From sequence record SRR2962707_3356: a stretch of DNA of 32,328 nucleotides; one strand, given 5' to 3'. Numbering within the stretch: position 1 is the first letter of the stretch; the number at the start of each line of letters is the position of its first letter. Below, in pieces: positions 5,749 to 15,520 of this stretch. The translations under genes were made by a program, and so were the position numbers. The notes beneath the pieces are model-generated. The model searched no databases and was not told the DNA's origin. It was given only the letters and a program-made list of their open reading frames with translations.

Positions 5749-8184
5749 ATGCGCTTACCAATCGATCCTCTCCTGCCCGATTTGATTGCCAAATTGCGCC
5801 ATCACGGGCGCGCCGTCCTCCAGGCACCGCCTGGGGCGGGAAAAACCACCCGCGTACCTTTGGAAATGCTAAAGGCCAATCTCACAACCGGCAAAATAAT
5901 CATGCTCGAACCCCGGCGTCTCGCCGCCCGGGCCGCTGCAGAACGCATGTCCGATACTTTGGGGGAAGAGGTCGGACAAACCGTCGGCTACCGCGTGCGC
6001 GGCGACAGCAGAGCCTCCAAAGCCACCAGAATTGAGGTTGTGACAGAAGGTATTCTGACCCGGATGATGCAGTCTGACCCGGAATTAGCCGGCATCGGTG
6101 CTGTGATTTTTGATGAATTTCACGAACGCTCAATGAATGCTGATCTTGGGCTGGCGCTTTGCTTGGAAATCGCCGGAGCGCTGCGCGACGATCTTATCCT
6201 GGTGGCGATGTCTGCCACCCTGGACGCCGCCCCTGTTGCCGAGTTGATGCAAGCCCCCATACTAACGTCCGAAGGGCGCGGCTATCCTGTCGAAACGCGC
6301 TGGTTGGACAGACCCTTGGGAAAAGACACCCGTTTTGAACCAGCACTGGCGGAGCTCGTTGTCCGTGCCGCCAAAGAAACCAAAGGCGGGATCTTGGTCT
6401 TTCTGCCAGGCGAAGGCGAAATCCGCAGGACCGAGGCTTTGTTAAGCAAACAATTACCGGACGATCATGTGATCCAACCCTTGTTTGGGGCCATGGACAT
6501 CACACGCCAACGCGCCGCTGTGCAGCCGACGAAACACGGGCGAAAAGTAGTACTGGCCACATCCATCGCCGAAACCTCGCTGACCATCCCGGACATTCGC
6601 GTTGTCATCGACGGCGGAAAATCACGCCGGGCGCGCTTTGACCCCGGGTCTGGAATGTCACGCCTGATCACGGAACGTGTCACCAAAGCCGAAGCCACGC
6701 AGCGGGCCGGTCGCGCAGGTCGCGTTGCCGAAGGTACCGCCTACCGTCTTTGGACAAAAGGCGAAGAAGGCGGCATGTCGCCGTTTCCCCCGGCTGAGAT
6801 TGAAGCGGCAGACCTCGCCGGTCTGACATTGGAGTTAGCGCTGTGGGGGGCAAGCCCGCAAGAATTGGCCTTTCTGACCCCGCCACATCCAGGCACCTAT
6901 GCAGAAGCACAGGCTTTACTGCATATGCTTGGCGCGCTGGACGACGACGGCAGAATAACACCCCACGGCAAAACACTGGCGGGCCTGCCGTTACATCCAC
7001 GCTTGGCCCATATGCTCGCACTGGCGGGGCCAGAGGCTGCGCTTTTGGCAGCACTACTTGCTGACCGGGATCCAATTATGGGCGCCCCTAGTGACCTGTT
7101 GTTGCGACTTCAGGCGCTACGGGATCCGCGAAAATTTGAGCAGTCCCGGCCCTACAAGCTCCGCCACGGGGCCATCCAAAGGATCAAACAAGACGCCAAA
7201 CGCCTCCGTTCAACCAAGACGGGGGCTGGACAGTACAGCCCGGCGCAAATGGCGGCCCTGGCCTATCCGGACCGTGTTGGCCTGCACCGCAAGGGAGATG
7301 CACCCCGGTTTCAGCTATCCGGGGGCAAGGGCGCTGTTCTGGACGCCGGTGACAGCCTCGCAGGAATGCGGCTGATTGTGGCCACCGACTTGGATGGCAA
7401 CCCCCGTGAAGCGCGTATTCGACAGGCGCTGCAAATCACAGATACAGAGCTGCGTGACTTGTTTGCAGATCAGATACATTGGGTAGATCACTGCGCTTGG
7501 TCGAAACGGGAAAAACGTGTCGAAGCCCGACGCCGCGAGATGTTTGGCGCAATCCCCCTAGATGATCGCCTATGGAAGGATGCCCCGGCCGAAAATGTGG
7601 CCCATGCCATGCTAGACGGGGTTCGCGACCTTGGCTTCAGTTTCAGCCCCGCAGCAAAGCGTTTCATCGCCCGTGTTGCCCTTGTTCGCGATGTTTTTGC
7701 CACGTTGCCCGACATGTCAGAAACGGCGTTGATGGCCGATATTGAAGACTGGTTATTACCACATTTGTCAGGGGTGAAGTCAAAAGACGACTGGAAGCGA
7801 TTTGATATCCTTCCGGCCTTGCGCAGTCTATTGGACTGGGACCAAACACAAAAGCTTGACCAAATGGCACCGGCGCATTTCACCACACCATTGGGCCGCA
7901 AAATTCCGATTGATTATGCGGGCGAGCACCCTGAAATCTCGTTGCGCTTGCAAGAGATGTTTGGTCAGACAACCCATCCAATGGTTGGAAAAACCCCCCT
8001 GCGCGTCACATTGTTGTCGCCAGCACAACGCCCGGTTCAGACCACCATGGACCTGCCCGGGTTTTGGTCCGGCTCTTACGACGATGTTCGAAAAGACATG
8101 CGGGCGAAATATCCACGCCATCCATGGCCCGAAGACCCCACTCAGGCGGACCCAACATTACGCGCAAAACGTCGGGGCTCCTAA
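5749..8184 (+). CDS. hrpB: ATP-dependent RNA helicase HrpB
   Basis: APPGAGKTT, LEPRRLAA, DEFHERS, MSAT, ATSIAETSLTIP, QRAGRAGR; C-terminal RLQEMFG and KYPRHPWPEDP. Confidence 0.97.
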   Translation: MRLPIDPLLPDLIAKLRHHGRAVLQAPPGAGKTTRVPLEMLKANLTTGKIIMLEPRRLAARAAAERMSDTLGEEVGQTVGYRVRGDSRASKATRIEVVTEGILTRMMQSDPELAGIGAVIFDEFHERSMNADLGLALCLEIAGALRDDLILVAMSATLDAAPVAELMQAPILTSEGRGYPVETRWLDRPLGKDTRFEPALAELVVRAAKETKGGILVFLPGEGEIRRTEALLSKQLPDDHVIQPLFGAMDITRQRAAVQPTKHGRKVVLATSIAETSLTIPDIRVVIDGGKSRRARFDPGSGMSRLITERVTKAEATQRAGRAGRVAEGTAYRLWTKGEEGGMSPFPPAEIEAADLAGLTLELALWGASPQELAFLTPPHPGTYAEAQALLHMLGALDDDGRITPHGKTLAGLPLHPRLAHMLALAGPEAALLAALLADRDPIMGAPSDLLLRLQALRDPRKFEQSRPYKLRHGAIQRIKQDAKRLRSTKTGAGQYSPAQMAALAYPDRVGLHRKGDAPRFQLSGGKGAVLDAGDSLAGMRLIVATDLDGNPREARIRQALQITDTELRDLFADQIHWVDHCAWSKREKRVEARRREMFGAIPLDDRLWKDAPAENVAHAMLDGVRDLGFSFSPAAKRFIARVALVRDVFATLPDMSETALMADIEDWLLPHLSGVKSKDDWKRFDILPALRSLLDWDQTQKLDQMAPAHFTTPLGRKIPIDYAGEHPEISLRLQEMFGQTTHPMVGKTPLRVTLLSPAQRPVQTTMDLPGFWSGSYDDVRKDMRAKYPRHPWPEDPTQADPTLRAKRRGS

Positions 8185-8201
8185 AATCTCAGATTTGACA
8201 A

Positions 8202-8230
8202 CAGAACGGGCCTAAACCAAGTCCGTTCTG
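8202..8230. terminator. Hairpin between convergent hrpB and argF, likely terminator
   Basis: CAGAACGGGC...GTCCGTTCTG 10-bp stem with one G-U pair. Confidence 0.55.
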
Positions 8231-8252
8231 CGTCTTAAATTTCTTAGCGACG

Positions 8253-9179
8253 TTATTTGCCCAGACACCAGCGCATGATCGCTTTCTGCGCGTGTAGCCG
8301 GTTTTCCGCCTCATCAAAAATCACCGATTGCGGACCATCCATGACTTCGGACGTCACTTCTTCGCCGCGGTGCGCGGGCAGGCAATGCATGAACAACGCA
8401 TCGTCTTTCGCATGGCTCATAAGCTCTGCGTTGACCTGATACGCACGTAGCATGTTGTGGCGCCGTTCCCGGGCCGATTGTGCGTCATGCATCGAGACCC
8501 AAGTGTCGGCCACAACCAAATCAGCACCTTGAACTGCTTTCACCGGATCCCGCTCGATATTGACGGAGACACCTGCGTTACGTGCCAACCCAACGAATTC
8601 CATTTCAGGATCTAATTGCACTGGCCCTGTAAATGTCAGGTCAAAGCCAAATTGGCCGGCAGCGTGAAGGAACGAGGCACAGACGTTGTTGCCATCCCCC
8701 GTCCAGACAACTTTCTTACCGGCAATGGGGCCTCGGTGCTCTTCATAGGTCAAAATATCCGCCATGATCTGGCACGGGTGCGTCCGGTCCGTTAGGCCGT
8801 TGATCACTGGCACAGACGCATATTCCGCCATCTCGGTCAGAACAGACTCGTCAAAGGTACGGATCATAATCATGTCGACATAGCGGCTTAGAACGCGGGC
8901 CGTATCTGCGATAGTCTCTCCATGTCCCAACTGCATGTCATTACCTGACAGAACCATGGTTTGACCGCCCATTTGACGCACGCCAACATCGAAAGACACG
9001 CGCGTCCGCGTCGACGGTTTTTCAAAGATCAACGCAACCATGTGGTTGGCCAAAGCTTGATCCGCGTCTGGCGTCGCCTTGGGCAAGCCATTGCGCGCGT
9101 CTTTTATGCTGCGCGCCTGATCGATGATGCCACGAAGGGCGGCTTTGTCTGTCGTATGAATATCAAGAAAATGGTTCAT
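8253..9179 (-). CDS. argF: Ornithine carbamoyltransferase
   Basis: [40 protein letters not shown]. Confidence 0.97.
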   Translation of the reverse strand: MNHFLDIHTTDKAALRGIIDQARSIKDARNGLPKATPDADQALANHMVALIFEKPSTRTRVSFDVGVRQMGGQTMVLSGNDMQLGHGETIADTARVLSRYVDMIMIRTFDESVLTEMAEYASVPVINGLTDRTHPCQIMADILTYEEHRGPIAGKKVVWTGDGNNVCASFLHAAGQFGFDLTFTGPVQLDPEMEFVGLARNAGVSVNIERDPVKAVQGADLVVADTWVSMHDAQSARERRHNMLRAYQVNAELMSHAKDDALFMHCLPAHRGEEVTSEVMDGPQSVIFDEAENRLHAQKAIMRWCLGK

Positions 9180-9227
9180 GTCAGTGTTCTTTTTGTAAGC
9201 GGGCAAGTTGCTTGGGCACCCGGGCGA

Positions 9228-9716
9228 TCAAGGTTGAAAAGTCATGACAAGTACGGGATCGCCGTCTTCGCATGCTGTGATGTCTCTCGCACAGAACCCT
9301 GCTTTTTCGTAGCAGGAGATCGCCCGAGTGTTTTTCGGATCAGGGTCGACAAGGACAGTGCCGTATTCCCTGTGTAGTTCAAAAGCGCGCTGCTTCAGAT
9401 AGCCTTGCGCATGTCCTTGCCCCAGAAAGTCCGGATCCCCCAGAAAGGTATCAAGGGCCCGGGCGTTTGGGGGGTAGTTTGTATATTGTGGCGCGTCCCA
9501 ATGATGTGCCGGATAGTCCTGTACATAGGCGAAAGGGTGTTCCTTGAGGGTGACCATCCGCATGTCCGTTGGACCTTTTCCCATGTCCTCTTCTATCAAT
9601 TGGATTTCTGCATCAGGTGCGCCCCACCATCCCCCGATGTGAGGTTGCGCCAACCAATGGCGCAACAGCGGGAAATCCCCGCGGGTCACAGGGCGAAACC
9701 CATAGTTAACCGGCAT
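9228..9716 (-). CDS. GNAT N-acetyltransferase, AAC(6')-Ib/Acetyltransf_8-like
   Basis: WLAQPHIGGWWG, ALDTFLGDPDFLGQGHA, VDPDPKNTRAISCYEKAGF; ATG 9716 overlaps the argD end by 11 nt. Confidence 0.85.
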   Translation of the reverse strand: MPVNYGFRPVTRGDFPLLRHWLAQPHIGGWWGAPDAEIQLIEEDMGKGPTDMRMVTLKEHPFAYVQDYPAHHWDAPQYTNYPPNARALDTFLGDPDFLGQGHAQGYLKQRAFELHREYGTVLVDPDPKNTRAISCYEKAGFCARDITACEDGDPVLVMTFQP

Positions 9717-10887
9717 TGGCCTCGACCTGTGTGGCCGCTTTATCCAAGCGGGCAATGGCTTCTGAGACCTCATCGTCCGAGATATTCAATGGTGGCAGCA
9801 ACCGAACAACATTGTCCGCCGCTGGAATCGTGATGACCTGATTGTCGTACCCGGCTTGTACAACGTCCATATTGGTCGCCTTGCACTTAATACCAATCAT
9901 AAGGCCCGAGCCCCGTACGCTTTCAAAAACATCGGGATGGGCGGCGATCAACCCTTCTAGCTTTTGACGCAACAGGCCCGATGTCCGGCTGACGCCGTCC
10001 AGAAAGGCAGGGTCAGACACCCGATCCATAACCGCGTTGCCCACAGCACAGCCCAACGGGTTTCCGCCATATGTTGTGCCATGTGTCCCAGCGACCATGC
10101 CCAGCGCAGCCTCTTCTGTGGCCAAAACGGCCCCTAAGGGAAACCCGCCGCCAATACCTTTGGCGACCATCATGATGTCTGGCGTTACACCTGCCCATTC
10201 ATGCGCGAACAATTTACCGGTCCGGCCCACACCGCACTGAACCTCATCGAGAATAAGCAAAATGCCCTTTTTATCGCACAAGTCCCGAAGACCTTTCAGG
10301 CATTGTTCCGGTAAGACGTTAATACCGCCCTCGCCCTGAATGGGTTCTATTAGGATCGCCCCTGTATTATCGTCAATGGCTGCCGTCAGGGCGTCATGAT
10401 CCCCCCAGTCAACCTGCTTGAATCCAGGGAGCAAGGGGCCAAACCCCTTAACCATCTTTTCGCTGCCGGACGCCGCAATTGCCGCAGAGGACCGCCCGTG
10501 GAAAGAGCCGGAAAACGCAATAATGTCTGTCTTTTCCGGCTGGCCTTTTTCGTACCAGTATTTGCGCGCCATTTTGACCGCCAATTCACAGGCTTCTGTG
10601 CCTGAATTGGTGAAAAACACGGTATCAGCAAACGAAGTGTCCACCAGTTTTTGGGCCAAGGCTTCTTGCTGTGGAATCTCGTAGAGGTTGGAAACATGCC
10701 ACAACGCATTCGCTTGCGTGGTCAGCGCAGCAACCAAATCGGGGTTGGCATGCCCCAATACATTAACCGCGATTCCGGCACCCAGATCTAAAAAACGTCG
10801 ACCATCCGCCTCGATCAGCCAAGTGCCTTCGCCTTTAACAAAGTGCAGTGGTGCACGAATATAAGTCGGCAGAACGGATGGGATCAT
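9706..10887 (-). CDS. argD: Acetylornithine aminotransferase (class III PLP)
   Basis: GIAVNVLGH, FTNSGTEA, SFHGRS, DEVQCGVGRTG, AKGIGGGFP, HGTTYGGNP; upstream of argF. Confidence 0.95.
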   Translation of the reverse strand: MIPSVLPTYIRAPLHFVKGEGTWLIEADGRRFLDLGAGIAVNVLGHANPDLVAALTTQANALWHVSNLYEIPQQEALAQKLVDTSFADTVFFTNSGTEACELAVKMARKYWYEKGQPEKTDIIAFSGSFHGRSSAAIAASGSEKMVKGFGPLLPGFKQVDWGDHDALTAAIDDNTGAILIEPIQGEGGINVLPEQCLKGLRDLCDKKGILLILDEVQCGVGRTGKLFAHEWAGVTPDIMMVAKGIGGGFPLGAVLATEEAALGMVAGTHGTTYGGNPLGCAVGNAVMDRVSDPAFLDGVSRTSGLLRQKLEGLIAAHPDVFESVRGSGLMIGIKCKATNMDVVQAGYDNQVITIPAADNVVRLLPPLNISDDEVSEAIARLDKAATQVEANAG

Positions 10888-11007
10888 GGGTTTACCCTCA
10901 TTAAAGAAGCCCGATAGGTGCCAAGGGCACAGGGGCAAGTCAAGTTTTGATGGAAGTTTCAGACAGAAAGAGACACATCACGCCGGTAAAGGCGCGGGAA
11001 CAAGAGC

Positions 11008-11040
11008 TTACGCTCGTCGGATATGTGTCGCTTTGATCAT
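11008..11040 (-). CDS. Putative Arg-sensing leader peptide MIKATHIRRA of the argD-GNAT-argF operon
   Basis: ATG ATC AAA GCG ACA CAT ATC CGA CGA GCG TAA; tandem CGA codons; ATG coincides with predicted +1 of TTGCGA-16-TAAATG. Confidence 0.55.
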   Translation of the reverse strand: MIKATHIRRA

Positions 11041-11046
11041 GCGGCC

Positions 11047-11074
11047 CATTTACAGCAATCCGACAATTTCGCAA
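11047..11074 (-). promoter_or_regulatory. Putative sigma70 promoter for the argD leader
   Basis: TTGCGA (11074-11069), 16 nt, TAAATG (11052-11047), 6 nt, ATG. Confidence 0.5.
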
Positions 11075-11238
11075 GAGTATTTTACGCCAAGACCCAATGG
11101 CACATTACAATACCCGTTCTATCCAAGTAATTGAGCAACATATCTCAAAACACCTTTTGACTGTCTGTGACGTCGGCATTTCCTGCAGATCAATCCAGAA
11201 AGTCCAAAGGACATCATTTCGCTGCGAAAGGCTCATTT

Positions 11239-11706
11239 ATGGCGCAAGACGATATATACTCAGGCCTCACCCAGCTGGGCGCGGCAACCAAAGCTCCGCA
11301 AAGTCCGGAAGAAGCGGTGCTTGAAAAGGTGCCTAATCCACAGACAGGTGTGCGATATTGCGTGCGATTTACAGCACCGGAATTTACGTCACTTTGCCCG
11401 ATGACCGGGCAGCCCGACTTTGCACATTTGGTGATTGACTATATCCCTAAGGATTTCCTGGTTGAAAGCAAGTCCCTGAAGTTGTTTCTGTTTTCCTTCC
11501 GAAACCACGGGGCCTTTCACGAAGATTGCACAGTGTCCATCGCCCGCCGACTGGTCGATTTGCTGGATCCGGAATGGTTACGCATTGGTGGATACTGGTA
11601 TCCGCGCGGTGGCATCCCCATCGACGTTTTCTATCAGACAGGTAGCGCCCCAGCGGACGTTTGGATCCCGGCCCAAGATGTGCCAACCTACCGAGGCCGC
11701 GGATAA
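11239..11706 (+). CDS. queF: preQ1 synthase (7-cyano-7-deazaguanine reductase), type I
   Basis: [43 protein letters not shown]. Confidence 0.96.
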   Translation: MAQDDIYSGLTQLGAATKAPQSPEEAVLEKVPNPQTGVRYCVRFTAPEFTSLCPMTGQPDFAHLVIDYIPKDFLVESKSLKLFLFSFRNHGAFHEDCTVSIARRLVDLLDPEWLRIGGYWYPRGGIPIDVFYQTGSAPADVWIPAQDVPTYRGRG

Positions 11707-11712
11707 CCGATA

Positions 11713-12504
11713 TTATTTGGCGCTGTGCAGACCACCCGTCACAAACGGATCATCAGGATAACCAACTTGCATCAAATACAACCCGTGTGGCGGGCTGACC
11801 GGGCCACAGGCCGCGCGTTCGCGCGCGTCTAGCGCTGCGGTCACATCCTCGGGTCGCCATGCCCCGGACCCAACGCGCTCCAATGTACCGACAAAGCTGC
11901 GCACCTGATTATGCAGAAATGACCGGGCACGGACATCAAACTGGATTTCCGGCCCCGCATGCGAATCAATTTTGGTGATTTTCAAGCGATCCAGCGTTTT
12001 CACCGGGCTCAGCGCCTGACAGGTGACTGACCGAAACGTTGTGAAATCATGATTGCCGACCAAACGGTCCGCCCCGTCTTGCATCGCATCGACGTCCAAC
12101 GCGTGCGGGACACGCCACACAAAGCCGCGCTCCATTGTCAGTGGGGCCCGGCGAGACAAGAGACGGAACAGGTAGCGGCGCTCCAAAGCAGAAAAACGGG
12201 CGTGAAAATCGGTTGGGGCCAGCGCGCAATCGATAATCGACACAGGCTGCGGCTTGAGATGATAATTTAGGGCCTCGGACAGACGGAACGGCGACCAATC
12301 TTTTTCAAGGTCACAATGCGCAACCTGGCCCCGCCCATGCACCCCGGCATCGGTTCTTCCTGCCGCGGCAATGTTGTGGGGACCCGGCTCCAATTTCGCC
12401 AAGGCAGCCTCAATGGCTCCCTGAACTGAGGGCTGGTCGTTTTGGCGCTGCCACCCGGAAAAGGGAGCGCCATTATATTCGATTTTGATGGCATATCTGG
12501 GCAT
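11713..12504 (-). CDS. truA: tRNA pseudouridine(38-40) synthase
   Basis: [43 protein letters not shown]. Confidence 0.97.
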   Translation of the reverse strand: MPRYAIKIEYNGAPFSGWQRQNDQPSVQGAIEAALAKLEPGPHNIAAAGRTDAGVHGRGQVAHCDLEKDWSPFRLSEALNYHLKPQPVSIIDCALAPTDFHARFSALERRYLFRLLSRRAPLTMERGFVWRVPHALDVDAMQDGADRLVGNHDFTTFRSVTCQALSPVKTLDRLKITKIDSHAGPEIQFDVRARSFLHNQVRSFVGTLERVGSGAWRPEDVTAALDARERAACGPVSPPHGLYLMQVGYPDDPFVTGGLHSAK

Positions 12505-12614
12505 GGCGGGGCCATACCCTGACAAATCCGTTCAAACAATACCCCTATTACACCTCTGGCGAACAGGCGATGCCATGTTTATCTAATGAGAGAACGCGAT
12601 AAAGGGGATGCCTT

Positions 12615-14030
12615 TTGGTTATCGGAGCAATAGCAGACACGCTGACTCGGGGCGTCGAAACTGTCACAGGAAGCGTGTCAGAGACCTTTTTCGAACCTGT
12701 GGTTCGTATTGGTGTGACTGGTTTGGCCCGCGCAGGCAAAACGGTCTTCATTACCTCTCTGGTCGCCAACTTGATGGACCGGGGCCGGATGCCACAACTG
12801 CTGGCTGCGGCTGACGGGCGTCTGACGACGGCCTATTTGCAACCCCAACCCAATGTGACCACGCCTCGGTTCGAATACGAGAGCCATCTCGGTGCCTTGA
12901 CGGCCCGCGCGCCCCATTGGCCAGATAGCACCCGCGCTGTGAGCGAGCTTCGCCTGTCCCTTCGCGTGCGTCCAAATGGGATGTTGGCGGGTCTACAGGG
13001 GCCGCGTACCGTGCATCTCGATATTGTGGACTATCCCGGCGAATGGTTGTTGGATCTAGGCCTGATGGACAAATCCTTTCGCGACTGGAGCGAAGAGACG
13101 TTATCGCGTCTTGCAACCCGTGACTCAGCGAAGACCTTTCTTGAAATGGTTAAAGCAGAGGACGCGTCTGCCGACTTGCAGGAACCGCGGGCCCGGGCAC
13201 TGGCTGACAGCTTTACGGATTACCTGAATGCCGCGCGCAAAGAAGGGTATTCAGATTGCACGCCGGGGCGTTTCCTATTGCCGGGAGACTTGGCCGGCAG
13301 CCCCGTACTGACCTTTGCCCCATTGCCCCCTCAGACCGGATTGGCAAGAAAGTCGCTTTGGCGTGAAATGGAACGCCGCTATGAGGCGTATAAGGCAAAA
13401 GTCGTCAAACCCTTCTTTTCCGAACATTTTTCACGCATCGACCGGCAGGTCGTTTTGGTTGATGCCTTGGGGGCAATTCACAAGGGCCCCGCAGCTGTTG
13501 AAGACATGCGGCGCACAATGGCAGATATTTTGTCTGCCTTCCGCCCCGGTCGAAATGCTTTCCTAACACAGTTACTCAAGGGTCGGCGGGTCGAGAAAAT
13601 CCTTTTTGCCGCGACCAAGGCCGATCATTTGCACCACAGTCAACATGGCCGCCTGACCAGTATCATGGAAGCTTTGACCCGAGACGCCCGCGACCGCGCC
13701 CGATTTGCCGGGGCCGAAACATCGGCCATGTCCATTGCGGCCTTGCGCGCCACAGTCGAAGAAACGCTGGATCATAACGGCACTCAGCTGGATTGTGTCC
13801 GCGGGACATTGCTGGACAGCGGCAAGCAGGCCGCCTTTTATCCCGGCGACTTGCCAGAAGACCCCAACCTTTTGCTTGGCCCCGCCCGAGACGGCGCTTC
13901 GGATTGGCTGGATCAAGATTACCAATTTATGCGCTTTGCCCCGGTGCCCTTAACTTTGAAACCCGGAGACGGCCCACCTCATATTCGGTTGGACCGTGCT
14001 GCGCAGTTTCTGATCGGAGATCGCTTATGA
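12615..14030 (+). CDS. ycjX: YcjX family P-loop GTPase
   Basis: IGVTGLARAGKTVFITSL, DIVDYPGEWLLDL, FAATKADH, PPHIRLD...FLIGDRL; TTG start uncertain. Confidence 0.93.
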   Translation: MVIGAIADTLTRGVETVTGSVSETFFEPVVRIGVTGLARAGKTVFITSLVANLMDRGRMPQLLAAADGRLTTAYLQPQPNVTTPRFEYESHLGALTARAPHWPDSTRAVSELRLSLRVRPNGMLAGLQGPRTVHLDIVDYPGEWLLDLGLMDKSFRDWSEETLSRLATRDSAKTFLEMVKAEDASADLQEPRARALADSFTDYLNAARKEGYSDCTPGRFLLPGDLAGSPVLTFAPLPPQTGLARKSLWREMERRYEAYKAKVVKPFFSEHFSRIDRQVVLVDALGAIHKGPAAVEDMRRTMADILSAFRPGRNAFLTQLLKGRRVEKILFAATKADHLHHSQHGRLTSIMEALTRDARDRARFAGAETSAMSIAALRATVEETLDHNGTQLDCVRGTLLDSGKQAAFYPGDLPEDPNLLLGPARDGASDWLDQDYQFMRFAPVPLTLKPGDGPPHIRLDRAAQFLIGDRL

Positions 14031-14476
14031 CCCCGACGCTCAGACCCGCCAAGTCCACCGAATCAGGAAAAGTTGGCGCCTTGCTCAGCAATTTTTCGTC
14101 CGAGACCGACTGGCTTCCGAAAATTCACAGCGGCGCAGAAGATATTGCCCATGCCGGCATGTTAATTGACCGAGGCTGGGTGATCGTCGCAGAAATCGAT
14201 TCACATGTTGTCGGTTTTATCGCCCGCGATGGGTTTGTTGTTCATGCCTTGTATGTGAGCTCACCCCTTCGCAACCAAGGAATCGGCGCCACATTGCTGA
14301 ACCATTCCAAAGCCGCCATCAATCGATTGGACCTGTGGACATTTCAAGCCAACGACGCCGCACAGCGGTTTTACAAACGTCACGGCTTTTTAGAATCCGC
14401 CCGAACGGATGGTGCGGGAAATGATGAAAAACTGCCCGACATTCAATTCCGTTGGCAACGCGAGGAACACTCATGA
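14027..14476 (+). CDS. GNAT family N-acetyltransferase
   Basis: ALYVSSPLRNQGIGATLL, LWTFQANDAAQRFYKRHGF, TDGAGNDEKLPD; ATGA overlaps with both ycjX and ycjF. Confidence 0.88.
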   Translation: MTPTLRPAKSTESGKVGALLSNFSSETDWLPKIHSGAEDIAHAGMLIDRGWVIVAEIDSHVVGFIARDGFVVHALYVSSPLRNQGIGATLLNHSKAAINRLDLWTFQANDAAQRFYKRHGFLESARTDGAGNDEKLPDIQFRWQREEHS

Positions 14477-15477
14477 GCCCGCCCAAAGGTCCCGTTCTGA
14501 TCGAACTCGCAGGGGACACTCCGGGTCAAAACCCGGCCGAGGCCCCACCGGTGCCCGAAACCCAATTCCCTGAACCACGGGGGCAGGCCATGGCGACGGC
14601 TGCAACGCTGGCCGCTCGCCCGGTATCGCCATTGGCTCGCTGGTTCTGGGCGTTATTGGCAACGTTACTCGGTACGATCTTGTCAATCTCTGCTTGGAAC
14701 TTCGTCACGGGTTTGATCGCCAGCGTCCCCTTGCTTGGCTACGCAGTCGGAGCATTGACCGCGTTGTTTGTCGCCGTAATGGTGATCATCGCGATCCGCG
14801 AACTGTCGGTTTTTTCCCGATTGCGGCGGGTGGATCAGCTAAACCGCAGCGCCAAAGAAGCACTGGCCTCGGAAGATTTGGGCGCAGCGCGTTCGGTCAC
14901 CAGCCAGATGGTGTCGCTTTACAAAGGCCGAGATGACACCCGTTGGGGCCGACAAGGCTTTGCCGAACGTCAGGCCGATGTTTTTGACGCAAATGGCCTC
15001 ATTGGCTTGGCGGAAATGCAAATTCTGGCGCCTTTGGACATTGCTGCTCAAAAAGAGGTTGAAATGGCCGCCCGTCAGGTGGCCACTGTCACGGCGCTTG
15101 TCCCGCTGGCCTTGGCCGATGTCGCCGCCGCGCTGACGTCCAACATACGGATGATCCGTCGGATTGGTGAAATTTACGGGGGGCGATCGGGCACATTAGG
15201 CAGCTGGCGCCTGACGCGGGCCGTTTTGTCCCATCTGGTGGCGACCGGTGCCGTAGCTGTCGGAGATGATATGCTGGAGCCGATCCTTGGCGCTGGTTTG
15301 CTGGGCAAATTGTCCCGCCGCTTCGGAGAAGGCTTGGTCAACGGCGCGTTGACAGCCCGAGTCGGCGTAGCAGCCATTGAGGTATGTCGCCCCCTTCCAT
15401 TTACGCAGGCAAAACGCCCCTCCGCGCGACACATCGTCAAATCTGCGCTGAGCGGATTGTTTTCAAAAGAAGAGTAA
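14473..15477 (+). CDS. ycjF: YcjF family (TIGR01620) membrane protein
   Basis: Two N-terminal TM helices; LSRRFGEGLVNGALTARVGVAAIEVCRPLPF; follows ycjX. Confidence 0.92.
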   Translation: MSPPKGPVLIELAGDTPGQNPAEAPPVPETQFPEPRGQAMATAATLAARPVSPLARWFWALLATLLGTILSISAWNFVTGLIASVPLLGYAVGALTALFVAVMVIIAIRELSVFSRLRRVDQLNRSAKEALASEDLGAARSVTSQMVSLYKGRDDTRWGRQGFAERQADVFDANGLIGLAEMQILAPLDIAAQKEVEMAARQVATVTALVPLALADVAAALTSNIRMIRRIGEIYGGRSGTLGSWRLTRAVLSHLVATGAVAVGDDMLEPILGAGLLGKLSRRFGEGLVNGALTARVGVAAIEVCRPLPFTQAKRPSARHIVKSALSGLFSKEE

Positions 15478-15520
15478 TCGTTAATAGCACCATCACACAA
15501 AATCACTTTGCGAGGCTGAT

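Noticed and set aside
11075-11238. preQ1 riboswitch upstream of queF
   Set aside because: No class I hairpin plus A-rich tail or other preQ1 aptamer features could be seen
12520-12600. RpoH (sigma32) promoter for ycjX
   Set aside because: CCCCTAT and TTTATCT resemble -10 elements, but no convincing CTTG -35 at proper spacing
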